A stretch of DNA of 64,000 nucleotides from an uncultured Actinomycetota bacterium (GTDB lineage: Bacteria > Actinomycetota > Actinomycetes > Actinomycetales > Microbacteriaceae). A program made the translations under genes and the position numbers. Below the pieces are notes generated by a model. It saw only the letters and a list, made by a program, of their open reading frames with translations. It was not told the origin of the DNA and ran no database searches. Location of the stretch: positions 110,916 to 174,915 of the forward strand of contig CAVTXB010000004.1 in NCBI GenBank assembly GCA_963738535.1. Direction: 5' to 3'. This document shows, in pieces, positions 50,185 to 59,488 of this stretch; within the stretch, counting starts at the first letter, position 1; each line of letters begins with the position of its first letter.

Positions 50185-51165
50185 TCAGGCGGGCAGCGTC
50201 GCGTCGAACTCGATGTGCGCCTTGATGGTCGTCGCCGGGTGGTGGGCGGCATCGAGCGCGTCGAGCGCGTCGTCGACGCCGAACCTCTGGGTGACCAGGG
50301 GCGTGAGGTCGAGCCCGCTGCCGGCGAGAAACCGCAGGGTCTGCGGCCAGACCCCGGGCGAGCCGATCGACCCGGTGATGCGCAGCTCCTTGGACTGGAT
50401 GAGCCCCAGCTTCGCGGGAGCCTCGCGACCGACATCGATTCCGATGTAGGCGATGCGGCCCTGGAAGGCGACGAGCTCGAGCGAGCGCGCCATGACGTCC
50501 GGGCGACCGCTCACCTCGACCACCAGGTCGGCTCCGCGACCGCCCGTCAGCGTCTCGAGCAGCTCGTCGACACCGGACGGGTCGACCGTGTGCGCGGCGC
50601 CCAGCGAGCTCGCCGCAGCACGACGGTCGGCGGAGGGCTCCACGACCACCGTGACGGCACCCATCGCGGCGGCCGCCGCGGTGACCGCGAGTCCGACCGG
50701 GCCGGCACCAAGGATCACCACGGTGTCGCTCGCGTCCACACCCCCCGCGCGCACGAGGGCGTAGTACGCGACGCTGAACGGCTCGACGAGCGCGCCCATG
50801 GTGTACGAGAGCTCATCCGGCAGCCGGTGCAGCCACGACGGTTTGGCGACGAAGAACTCGGCGGCGGCACCGCTGATCGAGAAGCCGAAGTGGTCGGCGC
50901 CGATGACGCATTCCCCGACCACCCTGTCACCGGGCGAGAACGACGTCACCCTGCTGCCGACCTTGACCACCTCGCCCGACCACTCGTGCCCCGGAATCAG
51001 CGGGTAGTGAAACGGGATGATGTAGCGCCCCTCGAGCAGGTCGATGTCGGAGTGGCACACCCCCACCGAGCGCGCGGCGACCAGCACCTCGTCGTCCGCG
51101 ATCTCGGGGATGACGAGTTCCGCGACGACGGCGTGGTCCTGGGCGGCGTACTGCAATGCTTTCAT
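50185..51165 (-). CDS. Zn-dependent polyol dehydrogenase-like protein lacking the structural-Zn lobe
   Basis: CHSD, GHEWSG, LVEP and GAGPVG; no four-Cys loop. Confidence 0.85.
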   Translation of the reverse strand: MKALQYAAQDHAVVAELVIPEIADDEVLVAARSVGVCHSDIDLLEGRYIIPFHYPLIPGHEWSGEVVKVGSRVTSFSPGDRVVGECVIGADHFGFSISGAAAEFFVAKPSWLHRLPDELSYTMGALVEPFSVAYYALVRAGGVDASDTVVILGAGPVGLAVTAAAAAMGAVTVVVEPSADRRAAASSLGAAHTVDPSGVDELLETLTGGRGADLVVEVSGRPDVMARSLELVAFQGRIAYIGIDVGREAPAKLGLIQSKELRITGSIGSPGVWPQTLRFLAGSGLDLTPLVTQRFGVDDALDALDAAHHPATTIKAHIEFDATLPA

Positions 51166-51192
51166 GGTCGATTCCCTGGCGTGTAGTTGGAG

Positions 51193-52257
51193 CTAGCGGG
51201 CGTTGACGAGTACCTTGACCTGGTCGCCGGTGGGTGACAGCAGCGTCTCGAAACCCTTCTCAACGATGTCCTCCATCGCGATCTGGGCGCTGACCACCTT
51301 CTCCACCGGGTACCGGCCGCTGGCGATCAGGCTGACGATGCGCGGAAAATCGGTGACCGGGTAGCACCAGGTGCCCGACAGGGTGATGTCGTGTTCGGAG
51401 AGCACCATGGGCAGGATCGACGCGGCCTTGGTGTGCAGGCCCGTCTGCGCGATGTGGCCCGCCGACCGCACGGCGGCAATGGCTGTCTGCAGGGCCCGTT
51501 CGTTGCCCGAGCACTCGACGACGGCATCCGCACCGATGCCACCCGTCTGGTCTTTGATCCAGGCCGCGACGTCGACCTGCGTGGGGTCGATGACCTCCCC
51601 GATGTCGAAACTCCTGACGAGGGCGGCCCTGGTCGGGTTGACCTCGGAGACGATGACGCGCGCGCCGAGAGAGTGAGCGTAGAGCGATGCGAGCGCGCCG
51701 ATGGGGCCGGCCCCGGTGATGAGCACGGTGTCACCCGGACGAACGCCGGCCGTGTCGACCCCGTAGGCTGCGACGGCTCCGGGCTCGACGAGCGCACCCT
51801 GCAGGTCGCTGACCGACTCGGGCAGCACCGTGCAGTTGGCGACCGGCACGATCGCGAGTTCGGCGATCCCACCCCACCGGTAGCTGAGACCGATGCACGC
51901 CATCGAGACGCACAGGTGGTTGAGCCCGCGGCGGCAGTAATAGCAGAGGTTATCGAAGAGCAGTGGCATGACCGAGACCCGGTCGCCCACCTCGACCCCG
52001 CGCACGGCGGAACCGACCGCCATGACCTCCGCCGAGAACTCGTGCCCGAGGATCTGCGGAAGCACCGACCCGTTGAGCGGATGCGGCGTCGCCGGCGTGA
52101 CGATCGGGCCCATCGCATACTCGTGCAGGTCGGTGCCGCAGATGCCGCACCAGTAGGGGCTGACCAGCACGTCGGTCGGACCGAGATCCGAATCGGTGGG
52201 CGCGGTGACGTCCTCGACGCGGATGTCGTGGGCGGCGTGGAAGACCGCTGCTTTCAT
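51193..52257 (-). CDS. 2,3-butanediol/polyol dehydrogenase-like Zn enzyme
   Basis: CGICGTDLHEY, GHEFS, LVEP and GAGPIG motifs. Confidence 0.87.
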   Translation of the reverse strand: MKAAVFHAAHDIRVEDVTAPTDSDLGPTDVLVSPYWCGICGTDLHEYAMGPIVTPATPHPLNGSVLPQILGHEFSAEVMAVGSAVRGVEVGDRVSVMPLLFDNLCYYCRRGLNHLCVSMACIGLSYRWGGIAELAIVPVANCTVLPESVSDLQGALVEPGAVAAYGVDTAGVRPGDTVLITGAGPIGALASLYAHSLGARVIVSEVNPTRAALVRSFDIGEVIDPTQVDVAAWIKDQTGGIGADAVVECSGNERALQTAIAAVRSAGHIAQTGLHTKAASILPMVLSEHDITLSGTWCYPVTDFPRIVSLIASGRYPVEKVVSAQIAMEDIVEKGFETLLSPTGDQVKVLVNAR

Positions 52258-52258
52258 G

Positions 52259-53317
52259 TCAGTTCTCCTTCAGGGATGGATCGAACAGGACCTTGCCCTC
52301 CAGCTGGCCGGTGGCGAGCCGCTCCAGCTGGTCGGCGATGTCGTCGAGCGGGCGCACGGAGTCGAGCAGTTCGTCACCCAGGGCGGTGCTGCCCAGGATC
52401 TCGAGGGCCGGCGCGAGGTCGTCGCCGCACACGTGTGCGAGCGTCGTGCGAACCGAGATCTCGCGCATGACCAGCGAGTGGATGTCGACCTCCTGCTGCC
52501 GGGACGGCAACCCCACCTGCAGGATGGTTCCGCCGTTGCGCACCATCGAGATCGCGTTGTTGAGCTGGCCCGGCGCCCCGCTGGCCTCGATCACGATGTC
52601 GGCGCCGCCGGGGCCGATCGCGGCGACCAGCGCGTCGTGCGCGCCCTCTCCCGCCTCGATCACGCGGGTCGCTCCGAGCCGTGCGGCACGGTCGAGGCGC
52701 GAGCCGGCAAAGTCGATGACGCTCAGGTCGACGTCGGCCAGGTACCGGATGCCGGTCAGCACGAACGAGCCGATGGCGCCCGCACCGATGAGCACGACCC
52801 GGTCGCCGTCCGCCACCCCCGAGCGGCGGGCGGCGTGCAGCCCGACGGCGAGCGGCTGCGCGAGCCCCGCCTTGTCGAGGTCGAGCCCGTCGGGCACTGG
52901 CACGAGAATGCGCTCGGGAACCGAGACCAGCTCGGCCATTCCACCGCTGGTGTTGAGCCCGAGCGTGTAGTACCGGCGACAGAGGTTGGTGCGGCCCTCG
53001 AGGCAGCGATCGCACTCCCCGCACGACACACCGGCCCCCGAGGCGACGACGTCTCCGACCGCGAAGCGACCGCCCGGCGCAGCGTCGACGACCTCGCCGA
53101 CGAATTCGTGCCCGAAGATCATCGGACCGACATGGCCGGTGATGGCGTGCGGTTTCACGATCGGGAAGGTCAGTGGACCCGCTTTCCACTCCGTGGCGTC
53201 CGTGCCGCACATTCCGGTGCGGAGCACGCGCAGCAACGCCTCGCCCTCGGCTCGCGTGGCGTCGGCCACGGTCTCGATACGCACGTCGTGCGCGCCGTAG
53301 TAGACGGCAGCTTTCAT
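52259..53317 (-). CDS. Zn-dependent dehydrogenase (butanediol/sorbitol dehydrogenase-like)
   Basis: CGTD, GHEFVG and CGECDRC..NLC motifs. Confidence 0.87.
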   Translation of the reverse strand: MKAAVYYGAHDVRIETVADATRAEGEALLRVLRTGMCGTDATEWKAGPLTFPIVKPHAITGHVGPMIFGHEFVGEVVDAAPGGRFAVGDVVASGAGVSCGECDRCLEGRTNLCRRYYTLGLNTSGGMAELVSVPERILVPVPDGLDLDKAGLAQPLAVGLHAARRSGVADGDRVVLIGAGAIGSFVLTGIRYLADVDLSVIDFAGSRLDRAARLGATRVIEAGEGAHDALVAAIGPGGADIVIEASGAPGQLNNAISMVRNGGTILQVGLPSRQQEVDIHSLVMREISVRTTLAHVCGDDLAPALEILGSTALGDELLDSVRPLDDIADQLERLATGQLEGKVLFDPSLKEN

Positions 53318-53365
53318 CGGATTGTCCTCGTCACAGAAGTCGTCGGCTGAGAGGCCACGGTCACC

Positions 53366-54745
53366 CTATTCTTCGCCTCGACCCCACGTTGTATTGAGGT
53401 GCGATTGCGAGCTGCGCACGACCGGAAGCGGGCCGTTGACGCTGAAGTAGCGCTGGCCGGCGACCAGAAGGTCTTCGGCCGGGAACTTGGTGACCACCTC
53501 GCATCCGGTCGCCGTGACCACGATCTCCTCTTCGATGCGCGCGGCACCGATGCCGTCGGCCGACGGCCAGTACGTCTCGAGGGCGAAGAACATGCCTTCG
53601 ACGAGCGTCTCCGGATGATCGATGGAGACCAGGCGCGAGAAGATCGGTTTCTCCCAGATGGACAGTCCCACGCCGTGGCCGTACTGCAGGGCGAATGCGG
53701 CCTCTTCGTCCGGGAATCCGAATTCCTCGGCCTTCGGCCACACCTTGACGATGTCCGCCGTGGTGGCGCCGGGCCGCACGAGGGCGATCGCACGGTCCAT
53801 GTATTCGCGGGCTCGCTTGTACGCGTCGTTCTGCGCCGGGCTCGCCGAGCCGACCGCGAACGTGCGGTAGTAGCACGTGCGGTAGCCGTTGTAGCTGTGC
53901 AGGATGTCGAAGAATGCCGGGTCGCCCGGGCGGATCAGGCGGTCGGAGTAGACGTGGGGATGCGGCGAGCACCGCTCACCCGAGATGGCGTTGACTCCCT
54001 CCACGTACTCGGAGCCGAGGTCGTAGAGCACCTTGGAGACCAGCCCCACGGCCTCGTTCTCGCGCACGCCCGGCCTCAGGAACTCGTACAGCTGGTCGTA
54101 GGCCGCATCCACCATCGATGCCGCCTGGGTGAGCAGCGAGATCTCGTCGACGGTCTTGACCTTGCGCGCGTTGAGGAACACCTGCTGTCCGTCGACGACG
54201 CTGACGCCCGCCGCCTGCAGGGCGAACAGGATGGGGAGTTCGATGACGTCCACACCCAGCGGCTCGCCCAGTACCCCGAACTTCTCGAGCTCGCGCTTGA
54301 TCTTGCGCGCAACCTCATCGGCGATGCCGGCGTCGGGGTTGAACGCTCCGCGAAGGGTCGAGATGCCCGCGCGGGCGCCCGATTCGAGCCGCGGACGCGG
54401 GGCATCGTGGTGCGCGGCATGCGGGTCGGCGTCCATCTCGGCCGTCGTCGTCGAGAGCCACGGGTTGTAGAGCTGGTGGTGCTTGGCCGCGGACCCGAAG
54501 TCCCAGACGATCGGGTCGGAGTTGCGGGTGAGCAGCGAGAAGCGGATCAGCTTGTCCATCGCCCACGTGCCGATGTGCGTCGCCGACATGTAGCGGATGT
54601 TGGAGAAGTCGAACGCGAGGATCGCACCGAGGTCGGACTTGTCGAGCTCGGCCTTGAGCCGCGCCAGGCGCTCTTCGCGCAGACGTTCGAACTGGATGCG
54701 TTCTTCCCAGTCGACGGCGTTAGTGCCGAATGTTGCTGTACCCAT
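53366..54745 (-). CDS. M24 (Xaa-Pro peptidase/creatinase fold) hydrolase, non-canonical active site
   Basis: NIRY, ARKVKTVDEI, GHGVGL, ALE and ARIEE motifs. Confidence 0.85.
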   Translation of the reverse strand: MGTATFGTNAVDWEERIQFERLREERLARLKAELDKSDLGAILAFDFSNIRYMSATHIGTWAMDKLIRFSLLTRNSDPIVWDFGSAAKHHQLYNPWLSTTTAEMDADPHAAHHDAPRPRLESGARAGISTLRGAFNPDAGIADEVARKIKRELEKFGVLGEPLGVDVIELPILFALQAAGVSVVDGQQVFLNARKVKTVDEISLLTQAASMVDAAYDQLYEFLRPGVRENEAVGLVSKVLYDLGSEYVEGVNAISGERCSPHPHVYSDRLIRPGDPAFFDILHSYNGYRTCYYRTFAVGSASPAQNDAYKRAREYMDRAIALVRPGATTADIVKVWPKAEEFGFPDEEAAFALQYGHGVGLSIWEKPIFSRLVSIDHPETLVEGMFFALETYWPSADGIGAARIEEEIVVTATGCEVVTKFPAEDLLVAGQRYFSVNGPLPVVRSSQSHLNTTWGRGEE

Positions 54746-54781
54746 GAGGAAAAGCCTTTCTGTGGTGCTGTGGGGCGGCGA

Positions 54782-55579
54782 TCAAACGAGGATCATTCCG
54801 CCTTCGATGGGAATCACCTGGCCGGTGATGTAGTCGGAGTCGCTCGACGCCAGGAACAGCGCCGTGGGAACGATGTCTTCGGGCTCGGCCGGACGGCCGA
54901 GAAGGATGTCGGCGGCCATCGAGTCGAAGCCCGCGTCCGCGGCGCCGATCGCGGCGAGGTCTTTGTCGAGCTGGGTCCACAGCGGCGTTGCGACGACACC
55001 GGGCGCGAAGGCGTTGACCGTGATGCGGTCGCCCGCGAACGATCGCGCGGCGGCCTGCGTGAGCGAGATCACGGCGGCCTTCGCCGCGCTGTACGGGGCG
55101 AAATTGGGGAACCCGGTGCGCCCGGCGATCGACGCGGTGTTGATGATCTTGCCCGCGAGGGAGCCGTGGGGTGCCGCACCCTGGGCCAGAAACTGCCTCG
55201 CGGCCTCCTGTGTGCCGATCAGCACGCCGAGAGCGTTGACGTTCATCACCGTGGTGAAGTTCGCCTCGGTGATGTCGAGGAACGTCATGGGCGAATTCAT
55301 CCCGGCATTGTTGAAGAAGACATCCAGCCGACCGAACCGGCGCACGGCTGCCTGGACGGCCAGCACGATCGATTCGCGATCGACGACATCGGCGTGCACC
55401 GCGATCGCCGTTCCGCCGGCCTTCTCGATCTGTTCCGCCACGGCCTCGGCGCCCTCGAGGTTGAGGTCGGCGATGACGACGCCGGCGCCCTCGGCTGCGC
55501 ATCCCCGCGCGATGGCGGCGCCGATACCGGATGCGGCTCCCGTGACCACAATCGTGCGACCGGCGACTCGGATTCCCAT
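54782..55579 (-). CDS. SDR oxidoreductase (acetoin/sorbitol dehydrogenase-like)
   Basis: TGAASGIG, NNAG, YSAAK and APGVVATPLW motifs. Confidence 0.9.
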   Translation of the reverse strand: MGIRVAGRTIVVTGAASGIGAAIARGCAAEGAGVVIADLNLEGAEAVAEQIEKAGGTAIAVHADVVDRESIVLAVQAAVRRFGRLDVFFNNAGMNSPMTFLDITEANFTTVMNVNALGVLIGTQEAARQFLAQGAAPHGSLAGKIINTASIAGRTGFPNFAPYSAAKAAVISLTQAAARSFAGDRITVNAFAPGVVATPLWTQLDKDLAAIGAADAGFDSMAADILLGRPAEPEDIVPTALFLASSDSDYITGQVIPIEGGMILV

Positions 55580-55613
55580 TTCGTCTGCTCCTTCGCAGCC
55601 ATCGTTCGCGGTC

Positions 55614-55655
55614 TGTGCAGTAATACTACACAGTAGTGTTCAGTGTTGCTATACG
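55614..55655. promoter_or_regulatory. Two putative XRE-cupin operators TGTGCAG-N5-CTACACA and TGTTCAG-N5-CTATACG
   Basis: AT-rich intergenic gap upstream of the SDR-M24-ADH operon. Confidence 0.55.
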
Positions 55656-55664
55656 TTCGTCCGG

Positions 55665-58205
55665 CTAGGCGGCGAGCGCCCGCCGTCTCCTGCGCATCCG
55701 CGCAACCGTGTAGAGGATGGCCGCCACGAGAATCAACGCCCCCTGGAAGTAGTACTGGTAGGTCGTGCCCAGCTGCAGGAAATCGGTCGCGTTGAGCGTC
55801 TGCTGCAACAGCACGGCGCCCAGTAGCGTTCCGATGAAACTGCCGCGGCCGCCGAGCAGGCTCGTGCCGCCCAGCACCACCGCGGTGATGCTCTCGAGCG
55901 TGTACGACTGCCCCTGCGTGGGGTCGCCCACCCCGTACTGCCCGATCAGCGTGAATGCGCCGACGAAGACCAGCACCGCGGTCGCGACGTAACCCAGGAT
56001 CACCGTGCGGTTCAGGCTGATGCCGATGCGACGGGACGACTCGGCGTCAGACCCGACGGCGCGCAGCCGCCAGCCCCATCGCCGACGACGCAGGAAGTAC
56101 TCCATCACGATGGTCACCACGACGAGCACGATCATGAACAGCGGGATCGGTCCGAAACTGAGATTGGTGAAGTCCTGCAGGCCCTGCGAGTAGTAGCCGG
56201 CCGGCTGCGGTCGCAGCAGGAGCGCCACGCCACCGAGGGCGATGTACAGCGCCAGGGTCGCCGCGATCGGGGTGAAGCCGGCGAACCTGATCAGCGCCCC
56301 ATTGACGAGGCCGACCGCAGGAGTGCGACGAGCAGCATCAGCACGAGACCCACGACGACCTGGCCGGCGGACTTGTTCGCGTTCATGAAGAACGATCCGA
56401 CGACGACGAGGAACCCGGCGAGCGGGCCGACCGACAGGTCGATTCCGCCGGTCAGCAGCGCGATGGTCTGGCCCAGCGCGATGAAGCCGACGCCCGTCGC
56501 CGCCGTCAGAAGCGTGGTCATGTTGAAGTTCGACAGGTACGCGGGGTTCTGGCTGACGAGGTAAGCCGCCAGCGCGACGATCACCACGGCCACCAGGGCG
56601 CTCGGCGCGTAGTCGCCCTGGATGAAGCGACGGGCGCCCGACGAGCGGGTCGCCTGCGGGGCGGCCTGCGCGACATTGACGGCCTGTGTCGTGGAGCTGA
56701 CCGCTGCCGTGACAATGCGCTCCTCGGTGATGTCATCACCCACCAGGGTTGCGACGACGTGGCCTCGTGACATGACCAGCACCTGGTCGCAGAGCCCTTC
56801 GAGCTCCTTCGCATCGGACGACGCCACGATGACCGGGATGCCGCGACCCGGAGGCCTCGCGAAGAATCCCGTAGATGTCGGCGCGCGCACCGACATCCAC
56901 GCCCTGGGTCGGTTCGTCGGCGATGAGCAGTACGGGATCCGACAGCAGGGCGCGCGAGATGACGACCTTCTGCTGGTTTCCGCCGGACAGCGACGAGACT
57001 GCGGCATCCATCGACGGCGCCCTCACCGAGAGCGACGCGAGCGACGCGCCGACCTGGTCGAGCTCCTTGGCTCGGCTCACGAACAGGAAGCTCTTGAATT
57101 TCTTGAGGGCAGCGATGGCGGCGTTCTCGCGCACCGACAGGCTCATCATGAGGCCCTCGCCGTGCCGGTCAGCGGGCATGAATGCGGCGCGCGACAGCAG
57201 GCGGTGGCCGTCGAAGGCGTGGCCCTCGATCTCGACGGTTCCGTCGAACGATTCGAGACCGGCCAGGGCGCGCAGCACCTCGCTCTGGCCGTTGCCGACG
57301 ACACCCGCGATACCGATGATCTGCCCGCGCTGGGCCTCCGTCGACACGTCGATGAAACCGGGTCCGCCGAAGTGTGCCAGGCGGAAGTTCACGGGGGCAT
57401 CAGCGACCGAGACGTGTTTGGGCGGGAAGGTCGAATTCAGCTCGCGCCCGACGATCAGGGCGAGCAACTCGCTGTCGGTGATGTCGGTCACGGCGGAGGT
57501 GCCGCGCACCTTGCCATCGCGCAGCACGGTCACACGGTCTGCGAGCTCGCGCACCTCCGCCATGCGATGCGTGATGTAGGTGACCGACGTTCCCGTCGCC
57601 ACGATCTCGCGAACCCGTGCGAACAGCAGGTCGACGGCGTCGCCGCCGAGCGGCGCGGTCGGCTCGTCGAGAATCAGCAGCTTGGGTTTGATCGCGAACG
57701 CCTTCGCGATTTCCAACAGGTGCTTCTGGGCGACGGTCAGAGTCTCGACTCGGTCGCCCGGATGCACCGTCAGGTCCACACGCGCGAGCATGTCGCGTAC
57801 CGCGGCGTCCGCGTCTCCTGCGAACAGGCTGGCGGGCAGGGCGACACGCAGATTCTCTTCCACCGTCAGGTCGGGAAGAACGGCGGGGTGCTGGTGAACG
57901 ATCGCGATCCCGAGCGACGCGGCGAGCCCCGGACTCAGCGCGCCGAGGGCCGTGCCCTCGAAGACCATGGTGCCGGCGTCCGGCTGCGCTGTGCCCGATG
58001 CGACATTCATCAGCGTCGACTTGCCGGCCCCGTTCTCGCCGAGGATGGCGTGCACTTCGCCGGGACGGATCTCGACCGAGACGTCGGTCAGGGCAGCGAC
58101 GCCCGAGTAGTACTTCGAGATGCCGCGCATCTCCAGGGTCGCTTGCGTCGTGACGACGGTCTCGGACTGCTTCACTTCGGTGTGCCTTCGCGTTTCTTGG
58201 GGCAT
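55665..58205 (-). CDS. Fused sugar ABC (CUT2) dual ATPase + permease, frameshifts near 56848 and 56320
   Basis: GENGAGKST, LSGGNQQK and DEPTQGVD, then SSDAKEL continuing without a stop into GGIDLSVG and VVLGGTSLLGGRG permease motifs. Confidence 0.8.
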
Positions 58206-58271
58206 GAGGGTGCTGGGCCAGCCGAGCCGCCCAGGATTTCCCTGGCCGGCCCGGCTGGCTGCAGCGGAGGA

Positions 58272-59369
58272 CTACTTGCTGAGTGCTGCCTGCTGCGCGC
58301 CGGGCATCTGCGCGGACAGGTAGACGTCACCCGGCAGGCTGGGCTGGCAGTCGACGGGCTTGCTCGGATCGGTCGAGTCTTCGAAGACCGGGCCCTTGAA
58401 CGAGTCGGCCGTCGGGACGGCACCACCGGTCGCCTTGGCGACCGCGTAGTCCACGGCGAGACGCACGTTGTCGTTACCGGTTGCGACCGTCATCATCTTG
58501 AACGGGGTCGCTGCCTGGGCGTCCTTCCAGTAGCACGCGAGCGAGTTTCCGTCAGACGTGGCGAGAGCCGGAATGGCGCGTCCGCTCTTCGGGAACAGCG
58601 GAAGCGAGCTCACCAGGGTGGGACCGAAGTCGGAGATGATGACGTCGATCTTCGGGTACTTGGCGATGGCCGCCGACAGGAGGGTCTGCGTCAGCGTCGG
58701 GTCCCAGTTGGTGGGCACGAACGGGGTCTGGTCGATGAACGTGTAGTCGCTGCCGACCACCTTCTTCACCGCGTTGTACTCGGTCACACTCTGGCTGTTG
58801 CCAGCGGGGCCGCCCATGAACAGGATGTTGCCGCCCTTGGGAACGTTCTTCTCGATCCAGTTGCCCCAGTTGGTGCCGTCGTTGGCGAAGTCGTCACCGA
58901 TCCACTTGGTGTAGTTGACGCCTGCCGTGCCGCCGGGGAACACGCGGTAGGGAACCGTGACCACGCCGGCCTTGTAGGCCGCGGTGAGGGCCGGAAGTAC
59001 CGCCTTGCCCGCGTCGGGGAAGACGACCATCGCGCCGACACCGGTCGAGACCATGCCCTTGATGTCGGAGATGGCCTTCTGCGTGTTGCCCTGGCCGTCG
59101 GCGTAGAGGAACTTGGTGACGCTCGGGCACTTCTGGGCTTCCTGCTTTCCGGAAGCGGTCGTGACCAGGCGCCAGCTGTTGCCGCCGAAGCCGTCGAGGA
59201 GTGCGAACGAGATCTTCTTCGTTCCACACCATGAGGGGGCGCCGGCAACGTGAGTGACTTTGCTGCTCGTGCCGCCGGCGGTCGAACCTGTGCTGCTACA
59301 ACCAGACAGGATGAGGGAGACGGAAGCGACGGCGATCGCGACCATTCCGATCTTGGTGCGAGGTTTCAT
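58272..59369 (-). CDS. Ribose/CUT2-type ABC substrate-binding lipoprotein
   Basis: LSGC lipobox, GGNSWR and GGPAGNS motifs; AGAGG RBS. Confidence 0.88.
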   Translation of the reverse strand: MKPRTKIGMVAIAVASVSLILSGCSSTGSTAGGTSSKVTHVAGAPSWCGTKKISFALLDGFGGNSWRLVTTASGKQEAQKCPSVTKFLYADGQGNTQKAISDIKGMVSTGVGAMVVFPDAGKAVLPALTAAYKAGVVTVPYRVFPGGTAGVNYTKWIGDDFANDGTNWGNWIEKNVPKGGNILFMGGPAGNSQSVTEYNAVKKVVGSDYTFIDQTPFVPTNWDPTLTQTLLSAAIAKYPKIDVIISDFGPTLVSSLPLFPKSGRAIPALATSDGNSLACYWKDAQAATPFKMMTVATGNDNVRLAVDYAVAKATGGAVPTADSFKGPVFEDSTDPSKPVDCQPSLPGDVYLSAQMPGAQQAALSK

Positions 59370-59439
59370 TTGTTTTTCCTCCTATTGACGCGCAACGCCT
59401 CTGTTACGCGGGTCGGCGACGATCGCCGGTGGGTGTTTT

Positions 59440-59485
59440 AGTGGTGGTCTTCGGTGGTGGATTGAGTGGTGGTCTTCGGTGATGG
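59440..59485. repeat. Intergenic direct repeat AGTGGTGGTCTTCGGTG(G/A)TGG x2
   Basis: Copies at 59440-59460 and 59465-59485. Confidence 0.6.
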
Positions 59486-59488
59486 TGC

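Noticed and set aside
56291-57007. Programmed ribosomal frameshifting in the ABC fusion
   Set aside because: No slippery heptamer at either break, and similar indels affect unrelated genes
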